IMG/VR virus record: IMGVR_UViG_3300011442_000001 | Coordinates: 28,948 to 92,947 of that record | Length of the DNA: 64,000 nucleotides | From: a virus | Lineage: Duplodnaviria; Caudoviricetes | Direction: 5' to 3' (one strand) | Shown here: positions 9,332 to 18,745 of the stretch, piece after piece | Position numbering within the stretch: position 1 is the first letter of the stretch | Layout of the letters: the number at the start of each line of letters is the position of its first letter | The notes under the pieces: generated by a model | What the model was told of the DNA's origin: nothing | The model's input: the letters and a program-made list of their open reading frames with translations, nothing else | The model's database searches: none | Position numbers and translations under genes: made by a program

Positions 9332-10021
9332 CGAATTGTTACTACTTTTATTTTTAAAAGCGGTTATACATTTCTGTATAACTCTTTATGTCTCCATAAA
9401 GACCGGACTATATCTTCGCTAAAAAGCGTTTGGCATATAGTCTCTGAGGATTTTGAGAGATTTTTCTACTTTATCTTGATGTCCATGCAATAACTTAATT
9501 CTTCTCATTATATCTACATCCCATTCGTCATAATAAACGTTCTTACTTCCAATCATAGAGTATCTCTTACTACACCACTCTTGAAGTAAAATAGCTTCTT
9601 CTTTTTTACCTACTAGATTTTCAATTAGTATAGGAAGAAACTTCATAACTCTTCTTATACCAGATACTTCTATTCTGTATCTCTTTTTCCACTTTTCTGT
9701 AGCTTCCTTTTCGTTTACCCAGAAAGGAATTTCTAGTAGCTTTAGTATTTCTATTATTTTATTTATTATTTGAATATCTGTATTTATAATTGTTATTACT
9801 GGTCTTATCAATGGTTGCTTGCCTTTTCTTGCGTGAAAGGTCATTGTTACTGTCCCTTCACCATCAATTATTCCGCATAACCAACCAATATCTCTCAATC
9901 TTTCCTGCTGATTTTCCATTTTTATTATCCTTTCTCTTGTCACTTAGTTAGTAAGAAGGCTTTAGGAGGTTCCAGCATTTAGCCAAATTTTACATGAGCA
10001 GGGCTGTAGGGGATAATCCTA
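9332..10021 (-). mobile_element. Group I intron (690 nt) in the major capsid gene
   Basis: P1 ATGAGT/GCTCAT with U.G at the 5' splice site; P AAATGCTGGAA, Q AATCAGCAGG, R TCAGAGACTATATG, S AAGATATAGTCC; terminal G at 9332. Confidence 0.93.
9419..9919 (-). CDS. Intron-encoded LAGLIDADG homing endonuclease
   Basis: WLCGIIDGEG motif; start MENQQ with AAGGA RBS; overlaps the intron Q and R core elements. Confidence 0.9.
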   Translation of the reverse strand: MENQQERLRDIGWLCGIIDGEGTVTMTFHARKGKQPLIRPVITIINTDIQIINKIIEILKLLEIPFWVNEKEATEKWKKRYRIEVSGIRRVMKFLPILIENLVGKKEEAILLQEWCSKRYSMIGSKNVYYDEWDVDIMRRIKLLHGHQDKVEKSLKILRDYMPNAF

Positions 10022-10319
10022 ACTCATTGTAAGTAACCTTCACATCTGCTCCGTCCAACACATAGTTGATACGGTCACGAACTGTGATTTCACTTGCTAG
10101 ATGAATGGAACCGGGAACTAGAGTACGAACCTTGATTCCCTTGCGTACTTTCTTTACGAGAGCATCGCCGGGGTTCAAAGAACGAGTCGTCAATAGCATA
10201 CTTACAAAATCATTTGTAAGATGATTGGGTTGCACATACTCAATAATAAGCTGTGCTAGAGCCTCGCGGTCGCCAGCCTTAAGCAACTCAGCGATGGCTT
10301 CCTTATAATTCTTTTCCAT
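10022..10319 (-). CDS. Major capsid protein, exon 1
   Basis: GGAGG RBS; follows the scaffold and decoration genes; frame restored by intron removal. Confidence 0.85.
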
Positions 10320-10340
10320 GTTATTAAAATCCTCCGATTT

Positions 10341-10910
10341 TTATCTGTTGATTTGTACAGTCAAAGCACCTGTTTCAGTGTCATAGTCCTGTACGAATCC
10401 GATAACGCCAACAGCATTTGTTGCTGTGTACTTAGGCTTACCTCTGTCAGCACCGGCAGTGTGTTCTACGATAAGAGCCGCACCGGGAGTCTGCAAAGCT
10501 GAGTTGTAAATATACTGCCCAGAAGGTAGTGTGAAATACCCGTCAGTGAAAGCAAGGGCCTTGTATCCTGATGGAATAGCCTGACTTTCCTGATTGCCGG
10601 GATGTGTCAACCACATCTTTAGCCCCGTTAGAGGGCCAGCAGTCGCATTAACCCATCCACCTCTGAAGTCAAAGGTAGTCTGAGGCCAGTCAACAATAGG
10701 TGTTGGTCTGTTGTCTACTGCAAAAGTGACACAATACTTAGCACGAGTAGCCTCTTCCTCTGTAGTAGGAAGCTTGGCTCCGGGCAAATCTGTGTCGGTA
10801 TTCATGAAAGACCCGCCTAGTGCGTTGGCTGTAAGAACTACGAAACGTCCTTCCGTAATTTCTTCCTGAACAACAACACCAATCACGTCTTCAAAACGAT
10901 TGATTTCCAT
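10341..10910 (-). CDS. Putative capsid cement/decoration protein
   Basis: 189 aa between the scaffold and capsid genes; beta-rich. Confidence 0.5.
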   Translation of the reverse strand: MEINRFEDVIGVVVQEEITEGRFVVLTANALGGSFMNTDTDLPGAKLPTTEEEATRAKYCVTFAVDNRPTPIVDWPQTTFDFRGGWVNATAGPLTGLKMWLTHPGNQESQAIPSGYKALAFTDGYFTLPSGQYIYNSALQTPGAALIVEHTAGADRGKPKYTATNAVGVIGFVQDYDTETGALTVQINR

Positions 10911-12263
10911 TTAATTATCCTCCGAGATTTTCTTCTTATTCCGTTGCTCACGCAAGTATTCCGCTATATCCGAAACGCTAGGCTTCTCGGCATCTTCGTT
11001 ACCTGTAAGTGCAGGAATTTCTATTTTCTTTTTTGAAGCATCTGAGCTTTTCTTACCTGCTTCTGCGACATTTGCGGCAACTTCCTGAACAAAGAAAGCC
11101 AAAGCTTCCTCGTCCATCTTTAGAAGTTTCTCTGCATGGTCAGCAAAATACTGGTCATCTTTCTCTAGTCCAGCTTCAACAAACTGTTTCTTGATTGACT
11201 CTATCTTCTCAAGTTTCTCAGTCTCAGCATCAATGCTTGCCTTGTATTCCTTGAGAGTAGTTAGTTCTGGTTCGATAGCATTTATTTTTTCTGTTAAGGT
11301 TGCAATGGCTTGCTCTTTGTCAGCGATAAGTTTATCCTTGTCTGCCAACTGAGCAAGTGCGTCCGTCAACTTAGGCTCCATTTCTGCTATCTGAGCCTGT
11401 AGTTCCTCAATTGTTTTCAACTCTTCCTCCGTAATTTTTGGGTTAGACAAAAACAAGGATGTTACTTCTTCATTACTTGCTCCAGCTTCAAACTTACCAA
11501 TCAGAGTTTCTACAACCTTTACGGTTTTATCTTTCTCTGGAACTGATGATGATTGAAGTTCCGCAATTGCATCCTTTAATCTTGTTCTATCTATCTTTCC
11601 TTCGTTGTCCATTATAGGAAAGAGTCTTTCCTCACCTTTAACGTAGAGGAAAGAGGAGTCTGGTAGCTCACTGATGTAAGCCTTACTCCATTTTTTAGCC
11701 GCTACAGATAGTACTCTAGTACGTCCCTCGTAGGCGGGTTCTCCCACCACAGTTGCCGCCCTTAGAACAGTTCCGGTTAAGTCTATACTATTCTGGTCAA
11801 CATTATATTGAGCATCTTCGTACAAAATTTCCCAAGAAATATCCACCGGCTTTTTACTGGCAAACTGTTGTTTTATATATTCAACGTCAGCAGGTCTTTC
11901 TTCTCCCCACAAAGCCGCCAATGCTACGATAGCCATTGAGCCATCAGGCATTGGAACTTCTTTCAGGTGGGTAATGGAACCCAAAGGCTCTGTTCCTTGA
12001 TGTCCCCTGCTGATTTCTCCCTTCGCCATCTTCACTGGCATGTGAATTCCACTTCGAATCAGGTTTGCAAATTCTTCTTTGGGAATTCTCTGCCCATTTC
12101 CGTTTCTCATATCGTCAGTTAGAACGAATTTTGTCCAAACGACTGTGGGATTAACCATTATAGAAGAGAAAGCTTCCCCCATTTCCGCCCTAGCTTCATT
12201 TTCACTTAACAATTCTACCATATCTACCAGATTTGTGGCGAATTTTGACGTGTTTTTTGTCAT
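10911..12263 (-). CDS. Prohead protease/scaffold fusion
   Basis: N-terminal NGNGQRIP..H..ISWE..PAY protease-like region; C-terminal long coiled coil. Confidence 0.75.
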   Translation of the reverse strand: MTKNTSKFATNLVDMVELLSENEARAEMGEAFSSIMVNPTVVWTKFVLTDDMRNGNGQRIPKEEFANLIRSGIHMPVKMAKGEISRGHQGTEPLGSITHLKEVPMPDGSMAIVALAALWGEERPADVEYIKQQFASKKPVDISWEILYEDAQYNVDQNSIDLTGTVLRAATVVGEPAYEGRTRVLSVAAKKWSKAYISELPDSSFLYVKGEERLFPIMDNEGKIDRTRLKDAIAELQSSSVPEKDKTVKVVETLIGKFEAGASNEEVTSLFLSNPKITEEELKTIEELQAQIAEMEPKLTDALAQLADKDKLIADKEQAIATLTEKINAIEPELTTLKEYKASIDAETEKLEKIESIKKQFVEAGLEKDDQYFADHAEKLLKMDEEALAFFVQEVAANVAEAGKKSSDASKKKIEIPALTGNEDAEKPSVSDIAEYLREQRNKKKISEDN

Positions 12264-12265
12264 TT

Positions 12266-13801
12266 TCATTCTCCAGAACCAGTTTTAGCCGGTGTTTTCG
12301 GTTTTATAGCTGGCTTTTTATCCCCATTAGGTTGCTGTCCTTCTAGAAGAATTGAGTTTTTACTATTAGGAGTAGGCCCGAACTCAGACAAGCCTCTGTC
12401 TTTGAGTTCTTTTGTCTCCTCTTCTAGTAAAGCTACTTCTTTGCTAAACTCGAAACCAAGTTCCTTGTCTACGGAAGTTCTACTTAGACCACCACTCTCG
12501 TAAGAGAAACGTAGGCCGTCTAGGAAGTTTTGGAATTTGTGGAGGTTCATTGCTTTGAATGAAACCGTTGGAACGCTATTGAATTTGTTGCGTTTTGATA
12601 TTTCCAAACAAATGTCCCTAAGAACTTCTATGATTTTTCTTCTAAATCCTTCAGCAGTTTTTATAGGAGATAGTGTAGCTATTTCGGAATCGGATGTTCC
12701 AGATTTCTGTGCTTCTCCGGTAATCAGAACTCTAGGAAACCCTAGTCCGAACAAAATTTCCTCGTTGATGTCATTATACTTTCCGACATTCAGTAATGTT
12801 TCTGTTTCAGGAAAGACCCAGTTTATCTCTACCGTGTGATTTGTGATTAGCTGGAAAATTCTTTCCAAAGTATTTGCATCCCGCCCTCTCATTCTTAGCT
12901 GAGATGCAATGCTCTCTACGTACTCTGCGTCTTCTTCAGATTGTGTAATAGGGAAATCCTTATCACCAATCTTAACGTGCATGATGGCACTGATAACCTT
13001 ATCCATAATCGAGTAGTCCATTCTACGCATCTTTCTCTTGTGGTGCAAAGCTTCCAGAGCAGATTGAACATATGGAATTGGATAAGGATTGTCAGACGTG
13101 TATTGTCTACGGATAACATAATCGTTTTCCAATAGAAATACTGTCTGACCTTCAATGATTGCCTTTACAAACTCAGGAAACTGAGTTACTAAAGTTTCAT
13201 AGAGTACGGGGTCTTTCGTTCCATCTGGATAAACTCCCTTTGATTTTATGAAGGAGATTACGTCTGTTGGAACCTTTACAAAGTAGGAGGGCTTGTCACC
13301 CAGAACTACTTTCTTAATTTGAATTGTTTGTGGGTCTCTTACCCACATGGAATCTGGAAGTTCCAAGGAGCTATATTTCTTCACTCCAAGAGAGAAGATA
13401 AAGTCCTTGTCTACTTTTCCATATCCTACTTCTGGAACAACAAGTCCAGACAATAAATACTCGGTAGCCATCTGCTCTGCAAAGCAAACCATCTTTGGTG
13501 CTATTGCTTCGAAGACTCTGAATTCATTGTCAGAGAGTTTGTTCTTGGAGAAAACCAAATCGGTAATTCCAATCTCCACCAGTTTATCTATCACTGTGGA
13601 AACGAGAGGCTCTGTTTTGTAGAAGAATCTACTATGCTGAATCGAAAGCAGAAAGTCAGTCTGCTGATTCACTGTTGTTGTAAACTTGGGTACGACAGTC
13701 CAAGGGTTATCAGTCTGTTGAAGCAGTTCTGCCTTTCCCTTAGATAGTTGCTTATCCTTTGGTGCTACTGCTATTGCAGTTTTCTTTTTAGTTGTTGTCA
13801 T
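12266..13801 (-). CDS. Portal protein
   Basis: 511 aa between TerL and protease; helical portal-like pattern. Confidence 0.8.
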   Translation of the reverse strand: MTTTKKKTAIAVAPKDKQLSKGKAELLQQTDNPWTVVPKFTTTVNQQTDFLLSIQHSRFFYKTEPLVSTVIDKLVEIGITDLVFSKNKLSDNEFRVFEAIAPKMVCFAEQMATEYLLSGLVVPEVGYGKVDKDFIFSLGVKKYSSLELPDSMWVRDPQTIQIKKVVLGDKPSYFVKVPTDVISFIKSKGVYPDGTKDPVLYETLVTQFPEFVKAIIEGQTVFLLENDYVIRRQYTSDNPYPIPYVQSALEALHHKRKMRRMDYSIMDKVISAIMHVKIGDKDFPITQSEEDAEYVESIASQLRMRGRDANTLERIFQLITNHTVEINWVFPETETLLNVGKYNDINEEILFGLGFPRVLITGEAQKSGTSDSEIATLSPIKTAEGFRRKIIEVLRDICLEISKRNKFNSVPTVSFKAMNLHKFQNFLDGLRFSYESGGLSRTSVDKELGFEFSKEVALLEEETKELKDRGLSEFGPTPNSKNSILLEGQQPNGDKKPAIKPKTPAKTGSGE

Positions 13802-13802
13802 A

Positions 13803-15347
13803 TTATATCCATAACGCCTTGAGTAATTTTACCTTGCGAGTGGCTTGTGAGAATTCCATTGTCATATGGAATGCTCCTACTCCACACAGCATCGCAGAAG
13901 TAAAGTGGTCTTCTCCACGTTTGCCTCCTCTTTCTGTCAGAGTCTTGTAAGAAATATCCCCATTTGGATTTTTAGTATAGGTCATTCTTTCCAGTTCAGT
14001 AACCAAGTCCAAGTCAGTTGAGGAGTAAACAACTCTGTGATTGTTTGTCATCTCTTGCAGAATGGAAACGAAGAATGGTTTTAGCTTTACTTTGTTTTCT
14101 TCCCCGTCAGAGTTTATTCCCAATGAAAGCCATGATGAAAAGTTTACGGGGTATATTCTTTTCTTGTAATTCTTATGAACATAGTCTGTATGTTCCTGCC
14201 AAGTCTGAATGGAATTGAGACCGGCATTACCGGCATCCACGGCAATCAGCATTGGGCCGTACTTTGTATCCAAGAAATCAATTAACTTCTCCTGAACCGG
14301 ATAGGCAACCTTGGTTAGCTTAACTCTACAGTGTATTTTCAGTCTATCCTTTTCGTCTAGATAGAAAACTACAATAGCCGTAGGTTCCGTGTACCCCATG
14401 TCTATTCCAAACAATATACCATAGTTTTGTGGAGGAAGCGGAAGTAAGTCCAGCTTGGTAATCATTTCTGTAATACCTTCTGCACGAATACCATCAATTT
14501 CTACTTTGTAAACTGGATAGCTGTCTATCTTCATCAGGTTTCTATCGAACAGTGCGAAGACAGGTCTTCCGTGCTGGCCCAGAACATAGTGGGTATAGTC
14601 TTCTGAATCTTCTCCACCGTACTGTGCTTTGGCATCTTCTATATCCTGCTCTGTAATTCTAGGATTATCAAAGGCAGAAACTCTGTGCTTGCTGTAGGCA
14701 TCATTTTCCATGTCTACTGTGTAGAGAACATTATGCTCTCTCATTCCAGTAGGTACTCCTGATACCAGTTCTCTGTGTCCGGGTGTCCACACATTTAGAG
14801 ATGGTTGCATTTCGTTGAAGGCATTGTTAGGAAAATATCCACCTTCGTCTACCTCAATCCAAGGAGTGTGCAAAGCAATTAGGTTCGCCCCTGTTCCAGA
14901 TTGTCCAGCAATGCGGCATAGCAATACAGCACCGTTCTTCAGTGTAATCTTAAACTCAGAACTATTTACTCCGCTCTTTGTGTCAATGAAATTCTTTAGG
15001 AAGGAGTTTGTCTTGAACAGTCTAACCAGATTGGTAAATACAGGTTCAAGGTGAACTTTGCTAGGAACCGTAAATAAAACATAGTCGTCAGGAAAGATGT
15101 TGTAGACTAAAATCCAGAGAAGTAATGAATACTGACTAACTGTTTTTCCTGTGGCACGAGCAGTACAAATGGAAACCTTTGGATGAAAGTCTGCCATTAT
15201 CTCTACCTGATACCAAGAGAATCCGAAAGGTTCGTCAAGTCCTTCGTCGTTATCTATGTTGTAGATAAATTCGGGGGCTAGGACTGGGTTCTTTAGTATT
15301 TCATAAAGTATTAAGTCTTCTTGTGTTACTTTCTCGATAATCGCCAT
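13803..15347 (-). CDS. terL: Terminase large subunit
   Basis: Walker A ARATGKT, Walker B VDE, RNase H-like GIDMG and DH. Confidence 0.9.
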   Translation of the reverse strand: MAIIEKVTQEDLILYEILKNPVLAPEFIYNIDNDEGLDEPFGFSWYQVEIMADFHPKVSICTARATGKTVSQYSLLLWILVYNIFPDDYVLFTVPSKVHLEPVFTNLVRLFKTNSFLKNFIDTKSGVNSSEFKITLKNGAVLLCRIAGQSGTGANLIALHTPWIEVDEGGYFPNNAFNEMQPSLNVWTPGHRELVSGVPTGMREHNVLYTVDMENDAYSKHRVSAFDNPRITEQDIEDAKAQYGGEDSEDYTHYVLGQHGRPVFALFDRNLMKIDSYPVYKVEIDGIRAEGITEMITKLDLLPLPPQNYGILFGIDMGYTEPTAIVVFYLDEKDRLKIHCRVKLTKVAYPVQEKLIDFLDTKYGPMLIAVDAGNAGLNSIQTWQEHTDYVHKNYKKRIYPVNFSSWLSLGINSDGEENKVKLKPFFVSILQEMTNNHRVVYSSTDLDLVTELERMTYTKNPNGDISYKTLTERGGKRGEDHFTSAMLCGVGAFHMTMEFSQATRKVKLLKALWI

Positions 15348-15980
15348 CTATAATTCCTGTGGAGTTGTACGAGTCTCAGACCCTGGCTCTCCGCCCCATT
15401 TCTTGATATAGTTCTTCTTTGCCATATTGAACTTGGTGTGATGTTTTCTTTCTTGGTCTGGGGTCATGTGTTTCATGGTAGAACTACCTAGATGCTGAAC
15501 TTTTGCCTGACTGAACTTTACTCCAAATCCTGCAAGCGTCAGTCTTCTAAAGTAGTCGTTGTCTTCGAAGTACCCGTAATTAGGGGAAATTTTTTCATCG
15601 AATAATCCAACTTCCTGTATAATCTTTTCAGGGATTAGAAAACAAGAAAAGACGTTCATATATCCCAGACCTGCGGGGGAGATTATATTGTTATCATCAT
15701 AATCATCTACCATTTGTTTAACTGAGTCCTGCTCAAATAGAACATCGTCGTTACAAATAATCCTTATACCTGCGGTCAAGCCTATCATTAAGTTCCAGGA
15801 TTTAGCTACTCCATAATTGTAAGGTGACTTTATATAGCGTAGATTTGGAAGTGATGCCGGTACATGTCCTAATCCATTGTCTAAAACAACTATCTTATCT
15901 ACCGTGTTACTTCTTAGTGAATGTATGCATCTATCTAGTTCTTCGTAAGAGTTTAATGTTGGTATACAAACATTAACCAT
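15348..15980 (-). CDS. GT2-family glycosyltransferase
   Basis: IPTLN, VLDNG, N.GVAKSWN, NDD, GLFDE..YFEDND. Confidence 0.9.
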   Translation of the reverse strand: MVNVCIPTLNSYEELDRCIHSLRSNTVDKIVVLDNGLGHVPASLPNLRYIKSPYNYGVAKSWNLMIGLTAGIRIICNDDVLFEQDSVKQMVDDYDDNNIISPAGLGYMNVFSCFLIPEKIIQEVGLFDEKISPNYGYFEDNDYFRRLTLAGFGVKFSQAKVQHLGSSTMKHMTPDQERKHHTKFNMAKKNYIKKWGGEPGSETRTTPQEL

Positions 15981-15995
15981 TTCGCAATCCTTTCT

Positions 15996-16919
15996 CTATA
16001 CACTAGGAAGTCCATAGCAATTTCTATATGCACTATAGGCTTCTATTGTTTGCTTGGGTAAATAGTCTCTCCAGTTGTCCATGTCTTTTAGCATAGCCGC
16101 TGTGGTTGTGTATCCCAGAACTTCATCTTCCAGATTCTTTTTTATAGACTGTATGTTTCTGTCTTGAGTTACTGTAGCAGGGCCAAATACAGGTCTTGTG
16201 TTTAGAAGATACTGGCAAATGTATCCTCCCCAAATATCATCCATTCTACCTACTCCGGGGAGAACCATATAGTAAGGTAATGCCTCTCTGGAGATAAAAG
16301 TATTTTGGCTATTGAAGGGAGCGTAATCTGAAGATGTAACAAAGGTTTCCAAATTCAAAGTAAGGTCGTGTGGATTATAGAGTTTTCTGCACACAGCATC
16401 TATATCGGGGTCTCCGTCCCACAAATCTGCCTGTAGATGGACGGTCATTTTCTTTTTATCTTGGTGCAGTATAGTGCTACTGGTTTTGGCATATTCCAAT
16501 GGATAACCCCTGTGCCAGAGTTCCTTGTGATTAGTAGCCTGCAAAATATCAAACACACCGCTAGAGTTCGAATAACAATCTACTTCTACATCTTTGCCTA
16601 CTAAAATTTTCTCTCCCCAATTGTGGTAAGGAATATTATCGTCATCTATGCTGGCTACTATATCAGCACCCAACTCGTAGGCAAAAACAAAACCAAGGTT
16701 CCTTCTCATTACACAATTCCAACCTATTGTATCGCTTAGTTTCTTGTATCTTTCTTCCTGAAACTTAGGGTCTAGGTAGATAACATCAATGTTTTTGTAT
16801 TGTGCATGGGGAGTCTTTATGTCGCCCACTACTATCATTTTCCAATCCTTCATCTGAACAAACTTTAGAGTAGCCTCGGAAGGAGGGTAAATACTGGTGG
16901 TCACTATAAATTTCTTCAT
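15996..16919 (-). CDS. STELLO/RGP (GT75)-like GT-A protein
   Basis: VVGDIKTP, RRNLGF, IDDDN, WHRGYP, DPDIDA, FNSQNT, RMDDIW. Confidence 0.75.
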   Translation of the reverse strand: MKKFIVTTSIYPPSEATLKFVQMKDWKMIVVGDIKTPHAQYKNIDVIYLDPKFQEERYKKLSDTIGWNCVMRRNLGFVFAYELGADIVASIDDDNIPYHNWGEKILVGKDVEVDCYSNSSGVFDILQATNHKELWHRGYPLEYAKTSSTILHQDKKKMTVHLQADLWDGDPDIDAVCRKLYNPHDLTLNLETFVTSSDYAPFNSQNTFISREALPYYMVLPGVGRMDDIWGGYICQYLLNTRPVFGPATVTQDRNIQSIKKNLEDEVLGYTTTAAMLKDMDNWRDYLPKQTIEAYSAYRNCYGLPSV

Positions 16920-17761
16920 ACTTTGTGCATCTCCAATCCAGCTTCAAGATGTCCCCAGTTTATTGTATTGGTTGTTTCTTGCATGAATACTGCAAGTTGT
17001 GCATCGTTCATTCCGCCAGTTCCTCCCATACCTCCAGCATGTCCAATATGCCAGATAGGGATTGTCCAGTCCACGTCTATCCCAAATCCAAACAGGCTAG
17101 CTTTTCTTTGTACGTTACTATCAGTGTATCCTCTTCCTACAAGACGTTCCTCATATCCTCTTATGGTGTACCAGATGTCTCTATGAGCTATCTGCAAGTC
17201 TCCACAATTACTTACTAGAGAATACTTATCGTCAGGGAATACTTGAATTCTAGGATGTTGGGAGTGTGATGGTTCCAGTAATTCCATGCGTGGCATAAAA
17301 GTTCCGGGTTCGCTTCTTCCTCCCAAAGGTCTCAAATCAAACAGGGAGATGTCTCTTCTGCCTACAGTGAAGAATGTATTCTTGTCTTTTATCTTCTCAA
17401 TGTGTCTTCTTTGTGGAGCCAGAATGTCTATGTTGGAAGATGCCAAGAAATCAGTTCCTAGTCTTCTAAGACCTATGTTCCTTGCCATAACTTCACAAAC
17501 TCCCTGTGCATCTGGATTATCTCCAATCCATTCTTTCGCCTGTTTCTGAGTAACCTTAATCCAGTAAATGTTATCATACTTTAGCAGGTCTTTTTCTATC
17601 TCTTCCACTACAGTAGGCTTGCCTTCTTCTGTCGCCCAATCCACGTATATAACTTGGTCGAAATAGGCTGACATTGTGTTCAAACAATAAGTAGCTCTCT
17701 CTAAAAGGTTTCCGCCATAGTCGTCATTTCTTCCAATAATTGTAACACCGTAAGTACTCAT
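16916..17761 (-). CDS. GT-A glycosyltransferase
   Basis: GRNDDYGG, VDW, ARNIGLR, NID, GYEE..GRGYTDS. Confidence 0.75.
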   Translation of the reverse strand: MSTYGVTIIGRNDDYGGNLLERATYCLNTMSAYFDQVIYVDWATEEGKPTVVEEIEKDLLKYDNIYWIKVTQKQAKEWIGDNPDAQGVCEVMARNIGLRRLGTDFLASSNIDILAPQRRHIEKIKDKNTFFTVGRRDISLFDLRPLGGRSEPGTFMPRMELLEPSHSQHPRIQVFPDDKYSLVSNCGDLQIAHRDIWYTIRGYEERLVGRGYTDSNVQRKASLFGFGIDVDWTIPIWHIGHAGGMGGTGGMNDAQLAVFMQETTNTINWGHLEAGLEMHKV

Positions 17762-18498
17762 AGTCCTAGTATATTTATAATTTCCTTTGCTGTGGGATTT
17801 ACGGGATAAAAATTCTTGTCGCTATAGATAACATGTCTCATATCCCAATGGATACCATCATGAGGAGATACCCTTTTGACATCACATCCGTTGGCAAGCA
17901 CCAATTGGGAAGACATCAAACCAATGAAACCCTTTGACTTGGCTATCCAAGGAAGCGTCTCTACTAGGTCGAGACCACACTTGTTGAGTGCCGTCCCATC
18001 TCCTATCAAGTCTCCCAAGCCGCCGATGATAACCGTCTTTATTGGACTGCTCTTTATCAAATCAAGAAACATGTTCTTATATGATGTCTCGCCTCGTGGG
18101 GCTAGTACTATATAAGGTTCGTCAAGTGTTTCTACATCGTCGTATTCATATTCTATTTTACCGTTCCATGTTGAACCTACAGAACGTGCTATAAAATCAG
18201 GTAGTGCAGAATCAGGAACAGACCTAAATCCTAGGTGGTAAGTTGTCTCATACAGGGAAACATCTACAGGAACTTTGGAAGGCCTTACTCCCATGTCCAT
18301 TCCTTCTATAACATAAGTTGGAGAAAGGATACATCTACGGATGTAACTCTGTCTTTCCAAAAGTCTTCTGACTATTGGATAACAATATTCGCTCGTCCAG
18401 AAGTCGCCTTGTTGTCCTTTTGCCTCACAGATATATTTCACAGTAGGAAGAGAATAAAGAAGGTCTCCAACTTTGCCGGGGTGGGTAAATGCTAACAT
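17758..18498 (-). CDS. GT9 (heptosyltransferase)-like glycosyltransferase
   Basis: GKVGDLL N-terminal motif; IAKSKGFIGLMSS resembles the GT9 C-terminal motif. Confidence 0.65.
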   Translation of the reverse strand: MLAFTHPGKVGDLLYSLPTVKYICEAKGQQGDFWTSEYCYPIVRRLLERQSYIRRCILSPTYVIEGMDMGVRPSKVPVDVSLYETTYHLGFRSVPDSALPDFIARSVGSTWNGKIEYEYDDVETLDEPYIVLAPRGETSYKNMFLDLIKSSPIKTVIIGGLGDLIGDGTALNKCGLDLVETLPWIAKSKGFIGLMSSQLVLANGCDVKRVSPHDGIHWDMRHVIYSDKNFYPVNPTAKEIINILGL

Positions 18499-18743
18499 TA
18501 CTTATCCTTAAAATAAGTGTAGGTTTTGGTGGCTGTGAATCCGGTCTCGTTGAAGTAATTATTGATTGCACCTATCAACTGGCTTCTCTTGGCGTTCTGG
18601 TCTTGGGCTTTTATAGCCGCACTTAGTCTCTCTTCCTGCGAAAGCTTTTCGTTCATTATGTCTTCTTGAGCCATCCAGCATCTCAAGTTTGTAGTAATTA
18701 GAGCATCTATCAATTCCCCTATAGTCTTATTTTCTATTCCCAT
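18498..18743 (-). CDS. Small helical hypothetical protein (DUF4254-like)
   Basis: TIGELID.L...N..W..QE...N.KRS.LI pattern. Confidence 0.45.
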   Translation of the reverse strand: MGIENKTIGELIDALITTNLRCWMAQEDIMNEKLSQEERLSAAIKAQDQNAKRSQLIGAINNYFNETGFTATKTYTYFKDK

Positions 18744-18745
18744 GT

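Noticed and set aside
9990-10021. C-terminal LGLSPTALLM of the 109-aa ORF as a separate protein
   Set aside because: It is translated intron sequence; the ORF is capsid exon 1
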